Of a stretch of 64,000 nt of DNA, positions 11,922-24,227 are shown in pieces. The stretch lies in NCBI GenBank assembly GCA_951406725.2, contig OX597838.1, forward strand, positions 21,452,001 through 21,516,000, read 5' to 3'. Each line of letters begins with the position of its first letter. The first letter of the stretch is position 1. The notes under the pieces were generated by a model. The model worked only from the letters and a program-made list of their open reading frames with translations. It was not told the origin of the DNA and did no database searches. The translations under genes and the position numbers were made by a program. Source of the DNA: Octopus vulgaris. Lineage: Eukaryota.

Positions 11922-14400
11922 GCCTCTATCTATCTGTCTGTCTGTCTATCTATCTGCCTCTGTCTGTCTGCCTTCCTATCTAAAAATCTGTTTTTCTGTC
12001 TATCTGACTATCTGTCCATTCATCCATCCATCCATCCATCCTCCATCCGTCTGTCTTTATTTATCTATAATTTGGTGTATCTATGCTTCCATCTATTTTC
12101 AGATCTGTATTCCACATAGCTCACTCTATTTATCTCACCCTCCTTTACTATCATCCCTCTATCTCCTCCCACTCTCTCATCCCCTCTTTCTCCATCACCA
12201 TCTTTCTTACCTCCACTCCTCTCATTTCTCCCTGTTTGTTTTTATAAGATAGTCAGATGAGGGGGGGGGGGGTTAAAAGGAAGAAAAGGAAGCAGAACAG
12301 TGCCTCTGACTTTTCACAGTTTCCCTTCTCTTCAAACTCTTGCAGGGTACAAGATGAGACGCCGTGTTGGTGCTGTGGAAGAATTTGTCTTTGAGCCACT
12401 TGTGCCTGGTTTAAGACTTCAAGCTGAGAACATGGGCAAACAACTTCATATAACGATTGCTGTGAATGGATGGCTTAATAGCACATTGGAAGGTAAGTTT
12501 ATCATCTCAACCATTACCTTAATCATCTTAATTTCACCATAACCTCCATCTTAATCATCATGTTAACCAACACCTTAACCATCATGTTAATTATTACCTT
12601 AATCATCATCTTAACCATCACTTTAACCATCACTATAAAGTGGTTGGCATTTGGAAGGTTGTCCATCTGTAAAAACCTTGCCAAAACTGACCTTGACTGT
12701 GCTTGTGCCATGTAAAAAGCACCCAGTCCACTTTGTGAAGTGGTTGGTGTCAGGAAAAGTATCCAGCCATAAAATCCCTGCCAAATCAGACACAGTAACT
12801 TGGGGTAGCTTTCTACCTGGCTGACTCCTGTCAACCTTCCGACCCATGCCAGTATGGAAGACGGACGTTAAACGATGATGATAATGAGGATGATGAATTC
12901 AGCCTTCTGCCTCCTAGTGCTTGTTATTACAGCACTAGGAGGCTGTTCTATATTTAAGAGATTTACATTCGATGGATATTTGTCCTCATCTTGTTTGTTG
13001 TTAACACAACGTTTCGGCTGATATACCCTCTCCCCCCCAGCCTTCATCAGGTGTCTTGGGGAAATTTCGAACCTGGGTTTCGAAGCTACTTTCATGGAAT
13101 CCCATGATTCTCTCTCACCATCCAAATTCCATCATAATGAATTTGAATTGGGAGCTTGAATCAATGAATCATTCATAAACTGATTACACAACAATGGATG
13201 CCACCCTTATGAATGTGTTACAGTTATTCCCCTGATAGAGCTTGGTGATCTTGACCGTTGATCTTCGAGGTTTCCTCTGCTCAGCATCAATGTAAAGAAG
13301 CACCATTGGCTCAGTTGAGTCCTTCTGCTGCCTCTTCACAATCTGCAAAACTGCTTTCACAGTATCCCATGATTCTCTGTCACCATCCAATTCCATTATA
13401 ATGAATTTGAATTGGGAATTAAGTCACAATGAATCTTTCATTAGCTGATTACACAACCATGGACACCACCCCTACGGATGCATGGCAGTTACTCACTTGA
13501 AAGAGTTTGGTGATTCTGACCATTAATTTTCTAGGGTTCCTCCACTCAGCATAAATGTAAGAAGCACCTTTGTCTTCTTACATAAATGTAAGAAGCACCT
13601 TTGTTGAGTTCTACCGCTGCCTCTTCACAATCTACCACACTGCTTTCACATTCCCATGACTCTCTGTCACCATCCAATTCCATTATTGTGAATTTGAATT
13701 GGGAGCTCGAATTATGGTGAATCTTCCTTTAGCTGATTACACAACCACAAATGCATTGAAGTTACTATCTTGATAAAGTTTGGTGATCTTCACAGTTGAT
13801 CTTCTTGGATTCCTCCGCTTAGCATCAATGAAAGAACCATCGTTGGCTCATTTGAGCTCTTCTGCTACTGCTTTGCAATCTTCCATGACTTTGCCGTATC
13901 CCTGGTAGGGTGGCTGAATGGGTGCTACACCCTGTCAAAGGGCAACCCGCAACTCTGTAAGTCATGGTTGTCACTCAATGAGGCGTTTTCAAAATACCTG
14001 TATACCTGGATGTACTTACAATAATCTAGGACAGGTATAACTGTATTACTGTTTGTAAGCCTAGTACTTATTCTATTGGTCCTGTTTGCCGAACCGCTAA
14101 GTTACGGGGACGTAAACACACCAGCATTGGTTGTCAAGCGATGTTGGGGGGATAAACACAGACACAAAAACACACACACACGACTGGCTTCTTTCAGTTT
14201 CCGTCTACCAAATCCACTCACAAGGCTTTGGTTGGCCCGAGGCTATAGTAGAAGACACTTGCCCAAGGTGCCATGCAGTGGGACTGAACCTGGAACCATG
14301 TGGTTCATAAAGTATAAAGGGAATTTAAAAAAAAACAATTATTTAAAAAGAAAATAACTGGCTTTCCTTAGAAGTCTCAAGACATCTGGAATGCATGCGG

Positions 14401-14444
<44 letters not shown>

Positions 14445-17400
14445 GGGCCGGTTTCCCGGATGTACTTGAACAACATCTGTTAAAAACGAATTATTCTACG
14501 TCTCTTGAATTTTACCCTATTTCTGTGCCGTAAACCTCATATGCTTTCAATGTTGAAAATATTTTGTGATTATTTTTCAGATTACAAAGAGCCTTGGCAG
14601 ACCTTGAACGAGAGTTTGGAACAGTACAGTTTACGATGGGAATCTCGATACCTTCTGGAACTGGGGAAGGCCTTTGACTATATTGTTGGAATGGCCATTG
14701 GTGTGGCCACCCAGGAAGTGCTCAAATATACCATTTTATCTGGTTAGTCATTACTTTTCACTTAACACCGTCACTACGACTGTGGTTGCTGCCACTTTCT
14801 CTCTTGCTCTCTCTCTCTCTCTCACATTCCAGAAGCTTTGAATCTTTTTCAGGAGAGACATTCTCTTTTACTCTCTTACTTGTTTCAGTCATTTGACTGT
14901 GGCCATGCTGGAGCACCACCTTAAGTCGAGCAAATCGACCCCAGGACTTATTCTTTGTAAGCCTAGTACTTGTCCCAAGCTGTATCAGCCTTTGCCTTTC
15001 CCTTGGATAACATCAGTAGCATGAAGAGGTGAGGCTGGTATGCATGGGTGACTGCTGGCCTTCCACAAACAACCTTTCTTGGACTTGTGCCTCAGAGGGG
15101 GACTTTCTAGCTGCAATCTCATGGTCATTCATGACCAAAGAGGGTCTTTACCATTTTACCTAGTGTATGAGTGTATAATGAAATGTATTAAATTTGTTTT
15201 TTCCACAGAATATACATTTTTCCAGGGAAAAAATGTAAGGTTTGGTCTTATGCAAGAGTGTGTCTTATATAGTGGCAAATATGGTAGGCCCCAGGGTGAT
15301 TTTTTTGAGACATGTTATTTTGGGAAAAATAGTGCATCATATGTGGAGGCGCAATGGCCCAGTGGTGAGGGCAGCGGACTCGCGGTCAGAGGATCGCAGT
15401 TTCGATTCCCAGACTGGGCGTTGTGTCTGTTTATTGAGCGAAAACACCTAAAAGCTCCATGAGGCTTCGGCAGGGGGTGGCGGCAGCCCCTGCTGTACTC
15501 TTTCGCCCCAACTTTCTTTCACTCTTTCTTCCTGTTTCTTGGGTAACGCTGCAATGGACTGGCATCCCGTCCAGCTGGGGGAGAACACATACGCCACAGA
15601 AACCGGGAAACCGGGCCCATGAGCCTGGCTAGGCTTGAAAAGGGTGAAAAAAGAAAAAGAAAGAAAGTGCATCATATATGTGCAAAGGTGCCATGTAAAA
15701 AGCATTGGTATGGGTGCTGGTGCCATGTAAAAAACATTATTGTGGGTACCACATAAAATGTACTAGAGATGGTGCCACACATAAAGCACTTGTGGTGGTA
15801 CCATGTGAAAAGCAATGGTGTGGGTGCCACATATAAAGTGCTGGTTCCACATCGAAAGCACTGGTGCTGGTGCCACATAAAATGTACTGGAGATGGTGTC
15901 TTGTTAAAAACATTGGTGCTGGTGCCACATAAAAAAGCACTGGTGCTGGTGCCACATATAGAACACTGGTGATGGTGTCACACAGAAAGCACCCAGTACA
16001 CTCTGTAAAGTGGTGGGTGTTAGGAAGGGCATCCAGCTGTAGAAACCAAGGCGAAAGCAGATTACGGAACCGGGTGTGGACCCTGGCTTTGCCAGCATGG
16101 AAAAATGACAGCAGGAGGAGGAGGAGGAGGTTGTTGTTGTTCTTGTTCTTGTTCTTCTTCTTCTTCAATCCTTCTTCTTCTTCTTCTTCTTCTTCTTCAA
16201 TCCTTCTTCTTCTTCTTCTTCTTCTTCTTCTTCTTCTTCTTCTTCTTCTTCTTCTTCTTCTTCTTCTTCTTCAATCCTTCTTCTTCTTCTTCTTCTTCTT
16301 CTTCTTCTTCTTCTTCTTCTTCTTCTTCTTCTTCTTCTTCTTCTTCTTCTTCTTCTTCTTCTTCTTCTTCTTCTTCTTCTTCTTCTTCAATCCTTCTTCT
16401 TCTTCTTCTTCAATCCTTCTTCTTCTTCTTCTTCTTCTTCTTCTTCTTCTTCTTCTTCTTCTTCTTCTTCTTCTTCATCATCAACGGACACCTCCAAAAG
16501 CTTGATTTATTCAATTTCTTTTCGTTTTTTCTCTTTCCAGGCCTATTGGCTGCTATTACTTGGCCACGTTCTCTTGTATCCGCAGCGGGTGTCATCGACA
16601 ATCCGTGGAGTGTATGTCTGCGGAGGTCAAAAGAAGTTGGTAAGCAACTAGCAGAGGTGCTACTTGCCAGAGAACAGGTTGGTGTTTTTTGAAGGGTTTT
16701 TTTCTCACACTTTATTTCTTGGTCCTTTATACAAAATACTTTACAGACACACGTAAACAAACTTTCCTTGTTTCTGGAAGCCCCGAATGGGTATCATATC
16801 ATACAGACAAACTAATATTTCGAACACAGTATAGCCATAAAAACTGCAGAAAGATTAGGTATTTTACCATTATATGATGGAAAAAGTGGTCAGCAGACAG
16901 CCACTGGACATGGGTTGGACGGTTTGACCAGAGCTGACAAGCAGGAGGGCTGCACCAGGTTCCAGTCTGCCTTGGTTTTGTTTCTAGGGCTTGATGCCCT
17001 TCCTAACGCCAGTCACTTTACAGAGTTTGTTGGGTGCTTATTACATGGCACCACCATGGTTATATACATATATACTCTTTGCTTGTTTCAGTCATGTGAC
17101 TGTGGCCATGCTGGGGCACCACCTTTAGTCGACCAAATCGACTGCAGGACTTATTATTTGTAAGCCTAGTACTTATTCTATCGGCCTCTTTTGCCAAATC
17201 GCTAAGTTACGGGCAAGTAAACACACCACCATCGGTTGTCAAGCGATGTTGGGGGGACAAACACAGACACACAAACATATACACACACACAGTATATATA
17301 CATACATATATAGAGCTGTTCAATAGGGTTCATATCTGGTGACTGGCTTGACCATTGGAGTTTTTTACTGCCATTCTCTTCCAATCAGTTTCAAGTCTTT

Positions 17401-20400
17401 TTAGCCATGTGACAAGGAGCCCCATCTTCCATAAATAGAGAGTTTTCTTTAATCATTTCACCACTGGAGAAGATTGTATGTCTGTTTATAAGGTGGCAGA
17501 ATCATCATGCTGAACAAAATGCTTAGCAGCATTTCTTCCAGTTTCATAGAATGACCCAGGATTTTGGAAAGCAGCAGGAAGACACCTAGGAGCCATGACC
17601 TGGCTGGGCCTGACTTCTGTAGAGTGTCAGGTATAAGGGTCGAAACACTTGTCAGATGGGAGTTCTTCCTCTAAAGATCTCTCCTGATCTGTGCTTGCCT
17701 TGTGGCGAGCTTCTGTTATTTTCTGGGTTAAAATTCCTTCAAGGTCTACTTTGCCTTTCATCGTTTTGGGATCAGCAAAACAAGTATCTATTGAGCCCCG
17801 GAGTCAATGTAAATGAGGGACCCCTTCTCACAAAATTTTCAAGCCTGCAAGAATTATATAAGGTGAAGTGTTTCTATTGTAGGGATGCCGTCCAGTGTCG
17901 CTGATTGGCTACAGTCTCGGTGCCAGAGTAATATATTGCTGTTTGGAAGAACTATCCAAAAGAAAAGGTGGGTAAAATGATTTCCAAGGAACTCTATTTG
18001 CTGGAGAGGGTATGGAGGTGACCATCACCATCATCATCATCATCATATCATTTAATGAGATAGTGAGTTCAATTCCTGGACTGAGCTGTGTGTTGTGTTC
18101 TTGAGCAAGATCCTTTATTTCACATTACTCCAGTCTGCTCAGCTGTAGAAATGAGTTGTGGTGCCACTGGTGCCAAGCTGTAATGGCCTTTGCTTTTTTC
18201 CCTTGGATAACATCAGTGGCACGGAATAGGGAGGCTGGTATGAATGGGCAACTGCTGGTCTTCCATAAACAACCTTGCCAAGACTTATGCCTCAGAGGGG
18301 AACTTTCAAGGTGTAATCCCATGGTCTTTCATGACTGAAGCGAGTATTATCCTTTACCCTTTCCATGCTGGCATGGGTTGGACTGTTTGACTAGAGTTGG
18401 CAAGCAGGAGAGCTGCGCTTGGTTCCAGTCTGATTTGGCTTGGTTCCGAAGGCTCGATGCCCTTCCTAACACCAAGCGTTTTACATGGCACTGGCGAAAT
18501 CCGTTTTCCATGCTGGCATGGGTTGGATGGCTTACCAGAGCTGGCAAGCCAGAGAGCTGCACCAGGTTCCAGTCTGATTTGGCTTGGTTCATCTGTATTT
18601 TCATTCATGTCTGTCTCCGTTCTATCTCTTGCTTTTCACTGTCAGGTGTTTTGTGGGAAATCTTCCATTCTAAATGGATACCATAGGTTTTAAGCTCACT
18701 CTTCTTCTTCTTCTCCTCCTCCCTCTCCTCCTCCTCTTCCTTCTCCTTAGGAATGAGAACCCATTTTTGAAATTTCCCTATTGATACCTGATGAAGGCTG
18801 GTGAATAATATCGGCTGAAACGTGTTGACAACAAGCAAGATGAGGACAAATATTTTTTCAAATGTAAATAACGTAAATAATGTACATAATCCCTCATCTC
18901 AAATATAGAATCGTGAAATTCTATTTTCTTTTTATAACTGAATGTTAATCAGGAAGTGAAGGCGGCGAGCTGACAGAATCGTTAGCAGGCAGGGGAAAAT
19001 GCTATATAGACACTCAAGGGTAATATGGACTTCGTTCGAGAATCACTGCTGTAAATAAAGAATCTATTCCTTCACCGTTTGTGGCGGCGATAAGATGTCC
19101 AAGGGGAAATAAACTAGGTTTGTTTGCCAAGCGACATAACTCCTTTAACACAAATAGGATTTTTCTAAAAAAAAATTCTATTCCAAGGGAGTTATCTCCC
19201 TTGTTAGGTTCGACCATTCACTTTTGTCATGAGCCAACTTTGGAGTCGGTAGAGCATCGAACAAAATGCTGTCCATCAGTATTTGTTACGGTTCGTTATG
19301 ATCCGAGTTCGTACCATGCTGGGGGTACCACCGTGAAGGGGTTTAGTAGAACAAATCGGTCCCCAGTGCTTTGTTTTAGAAAGCCTGGCACTTCGTCTAT
19401 TGTTCCTTTTGCCGAACTGTTATGTCACAGGGATGTAAATAAACCAACACTATTAAGTAGTGTTTGTGTGTGTGTATGCATATATATATCTGTGTGTGTG
19501 TGTGTTTCCATATGTGTGTTTGTGTATGATGTATGTATGTGTATACGTATATGTATGCAGATATATGTGTTTACATATATATATGTATACATACGCACGA
19601 GGTCGACTTTGCCTTTCATCCTTTCGGGGTCGATAAATTATGTACCAGTTACGCACTGGGGTCGATGTAATCAACTTAATCCGTTTGTCTGTCCTTGTTT
19701 GTCACCTCTGTGTTTAGCCCCTTTGTGGGTAGTAAAGAAATATATATATATATATATATACATACATGCATATATATGTTTACATACACACACACACATA
19801 CATATGATGGGCTTCCATGCTGTTTCCTTCAACCAAATTTACTTGCAAGAAGATATTGGTTGACCTGGGGTTATAGTAGAAAACATTTGTTTAATGTGTG
19901 GTACCATGGGACTGAACCCGAGTCCATATGGTTGCAAAGATGGCTTCTTATCCACACAGCCAAACCAAATACTTGGCCCCCCTACTACCTAGTCACATGA
20001 CCTGCTAGAAACAGCTGTCAAATCACATGCTACCATCTTAAAAAAAAGGAAGGTCATATTGGATATTTATTTTCCTTTTTTTCTTTTTTCTTTTATTGCC
20101 CACAAGGGGCTAAACACAGAGGGGACAAACAAGGACAGACAAAGGGATTAAGTCGATTACATTGACTCCAGTGCATAACTGGTACTTAATTTATTGACCC
20201 CTGAAAGGATGAAAGGCAAAGTCGACCTTGGCCACCACAATCATACTACCACCATAACTATCACCACCACCACCATCATTATGACCACCACAACTATCAC
20301 TATCACCACGACGACCACCACCATGACCACCACAACGACCACCATCGTTACAAATTCTACCACCAAAACCACAATCATCAATACAACCACCACCACCATC

Positions 20401-23400
20401 ATCATCATTACAAACTCTACCACCAAAACCACAACCATCATTATTATGACCACCACAACTATCACCGCCACTACCATGACCACCACCATGACCAGCATCA
20501 TTACGACCACCACAACTGTCACCACCACCATCATCATTACAACTTCTATCACCAAAAACACAACCATCATTACGACTACCACATCTATCACCACAACCAC
20601 CACCATCATCATCATTACAAACTCTACCACCAAAACCACAACCACCACCACCACCACCACCATCATCATTACAAACACTACCACCAAAACCACAACCATC
20701 ATTGCAACCACCACAACTATAACCATCACCACCACCACCACCATTACAAACACTACTACTAGCTGCACTTTTACTACGGATACTCTCACCACCCATACTA
20801 AAACCCAAACAAACTATTGCAGGTTGCGAAGGTATTGTAGAAGACGTGATTCTACTCGGAGCACCTGTCAGTGCCAGGAGTTCTAATTGGGAACAGCTTC
20901 AAAGAGTGGTGTCTGGTAAATTGATAAATGGCTACTGTAGGTTGGTAAAAAGTTTTATTGTAAAGTTCTTTAAAAACCCTTTAGCATTTCAACGGCTCAC
21001 ATCAGGCCCAATATTCTACTTTTTTTTTTCTTTTTTTTTTTGGTAAAACTGACCAGGTCTGGCCCCTCGTACCTATCTTACTATGTCACTCGAAAAAAAT
21101 AAGCAATAATGACAGAATTCTGGTTTGAGTACCCGATATTAACTTCTCTTAGTGAAGGCGCATGGTTCAGTGCTTCGAGCGTCGAGCTTACGATCGTGAG
21201 GTTGTGAGTTCGATTCCCGGACTGGGCTGTGTGTTGTGTTCTTGAGCAAGACACTTTATTTCAGGTTGCTCCAGTTCACTCAGCTGTAGAAATGAGTTGC
21301 AGCATCACTGGTGCCAAGCTGTATCGGCCCCTTTGCCTTTCACTTGGACAACATCAGTGATGTGGAGAGGGGAAGCTGGTATGCATGGGCGAACACAAAT
21401 TTGCCAAAATTTCCTGAAAATTCCCAAAAAAGAAAAAAAAAACATTATGGGGCTTAATATGGGGTACTTAAACCAGAATTTGACCACAATAACATCATTA
21501 AAACCTTTAAGCTATGAGATAATACATGATTAACCCCTTAACCCTTTCGTTACCAACCCGGCTGAAACCGGCTCTGGCTCTGAGTACAAATGTCTTGTTT
21601 TCATAAGTTTTGAATTAAAATCTTCCACCAAACCTTAGTCACAATTTATGTTTCTAATACTAGCTTAATGATAACGTAGTTATTTTACTAAATTCTTTGT
21701 TATATTTAAAGTAATTGAAAGAAACACAGTGTATCTCAAAATAAATACAGTAACAAAAGGGTTAATGGATTATCCCGAGTTTACTCATGCATCACAAATG
21801 TATCCTTTTAGAACCAGACGAGTATACTCGGTCAAAATTAACTTTTAATTTTAGCCCTCAAACGAGTTTATTTGTTTTGTGTCGTTTCATTTTTGAGCAA
21901 TCACGAATTTACTCGTGTTGTCGTACGCTTGGCAGCACATATTCTGGCGCCATTTCAAAGAATTTATGCTTCTGAGTTTTGAATTTTTGCTTCAGTGCAT
22001 TCTCAGATTCAGGCGGAGGTTGCTGCCATTTTAGAACCGTCTCGTTTTGATTCTCTATTATTTATGCAAATTAGAGAATTATTTACGCATTTTTTTCTTC
22101 TCAAAATGGATGAAGATTTAGATATATTCAGCGATTACGAAATCGATTTTTTCATTTCACGATCTGGAAAGCTCTGGGGATGAATTAGACATGTGTAGTT
22201 CAGACTCTGACAATTTTTCAGATGACAAAGAAGATAATCAGATAGATGCACATGCATGGCACGAAATCAATCGCTCGTCCGATTCGCAGAGAAAGCAGAT
22301 ACATGTGTGATGTCTGCAAGATAACTTTATGCGTAATGCCTTGTTTTAAAAATTATCATTCTAAATAAACTGTCTATTCCATTGTAAAAAAAAATTTTCC
22401 TTTGATTTAAAAGCAATACATCTTATAAAAAATCGAAGATAGTTAAGTTACTCTTTTAATCTTTTACTTGTTTCAGTCATTTGACTGTGGCCATGCTGGA
22501 GCACCGCCTTTAGTCGAGCAAATCGACCCCGGGACTTATTCTTTGTAAGCCCAGTACTTATTCCATCGGTCTCTTTTGCCGAACTGCTAAGTGACGGGGA
22601 CGTAAACACACCAGCATCGGTTGTCAAGCACAGACACACAAACATAGGGGGACAAACACAGACACACAAACATACACACACATACATATATATATATACA
22701 TATATACGACAGGCTTCTTTCAGTTTCCATCTACCAAATCCACTCACAAGGCATTGGTCAGCCCGAGGCTATAGAAGACACTTGCCCAAGATGCCACGCA
22801 GTGGGACTGAACCCGGAACCATGTGGTTGGTTAGCAAGCTACTTACCACACAGCCACTCCTGCGCCTGTATTATATGTATTTTCTCAACGTCTGAGTTAA
22901 CTCATTTAAATCCAAATGAGTAAAAGTACATTTTAATTTCTATAATAAAAAATAGAGGAAACAAGATAAAAAAGCTTTTTTTTTGTAATTAACACATTGT
23001 ATATAATTAGAAAATGAAATAAAAAAATATGCTCTGAAATGAAACGCCATGTCAAAATAATTGATCAATTGTGGGGTTAATTCAAAACAATGTGAATAAA
23101 TAAATATTACATTTGACTTTGTAATCTGAATGCTAAAGGGTTAGCCTTGAAAGCCTCCTCATCGATGTCCATACTCCTAATGTGACCATCATGTCCTAAT
23201 GTCAGATTTTGCTATTTATTTTTCCTTGCATAAGCCAAAGCTTACAACACCTGCTGCTACTTTGCATGTATGCATGCGAACTATCATTGTGTGTGCATCG
23301 CGGTTGTAACCTCTTTATTACTGTTATGTGTGTGTGCGTGAATCTTTTTATCTTTTACTTGTTTCAGTCATGCTGGGGCTCTGTCCTAAAGAATTTTTAG

Positions 23401-24168
23401 TCGAAGGAATTGGCGCCAGTACTTTTTAAAAAATATTTTTGTGAAGCCTGATATGTATTCTGTTGGCACTAATAATACGTATTATGACCAATTCCAATGC
23501 TTGCATGCATTTTGAAGGATTTTCACCCATGCAGCTTGTTATTAATTCTTCTAATCCTTTCTCTTCTTTCCGAGTTTCAGCAGCCCCGGGTTTACTCTGA
23601 CTATTTTTCCCCGGCCACCCAAGTCTTCCTCAATCTTCCTCTTCTGCAAACTTCTTCCATTTAAATCGCTCAGGGCCACTTTGTCCAATCTGTTACCCTG
23701 CATGTGACTCATGTGTCCACACCAGCACAGTCTCCTCTTTAGTATTTCACACCTGATTTCTCATTTCTCACACCTGGTTTTTCTCTAAATTCGTTCGTGC
23801 TTCATTGTTGATGACACATACAACAAACCTTACTCACCTCATTTGCATTTGCATTTTTTCACCTTTCATATACATCCATTGCGTACACCCTTCATATGCA
23901 CCCAATGTCTCACTTCTATGTAAAATCATATTTTGTACTGAATCATCTTTACAATCCGTCGTTCAGTCAGAGAGAGAACTCTGTTGATGCTGGTGGAGGT
24001 AGTTGCTCCAGCTGGTACACATTTTCCGATGTGTACCAGCTGGAGCAAATGTGAAACGAAGTACCTCGCTCAAGGACTCAATGTGCCACCTGAACCAGGA
24101 ATTGAACGCACGACCTTAATATTGTAAGCCCAAAATCCTAACCATGAGACTACATACTGTCACACTTT

Positions 24169-24227
<59 letters not shown>

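Larger units (their letters stand above)
21534..23076 (+). mobile_element. Internally deleted piggyBac element
   Basis: TTAA at 21530 and 23077; CCCC/GGGG ends; acidic N-terminus [12 protein letters not shown] joined to the Cys-rich C-terminus [26 protein letters not shown]. Confidence 0.82.
20977..23140. mobile_element. piggyBac-type MITE (CCCTTTAGCATT ends) split by nested insertions
   Basis: The separated pieces align to the intact copy at 26543-26764. Confidence 0.7.

Noticed and set aside
15688-15995. CRISPR-like array
   Set aside because: Contiguous degenerate units without unique spacers, derived from a SINE; eukaryotic DNA with no cas genes
19081-19863. 260-aa ORF
   Set aside because: A mosaic of SINE fragments and microsatellite with no recognisable domain
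20194-20886. 230-aa Thr-rich mucin-like ORF
   Set aside because: It is a trinucleotide low-complexity tract starting inside a SINE and is out of frame with TMCO4 exon 11
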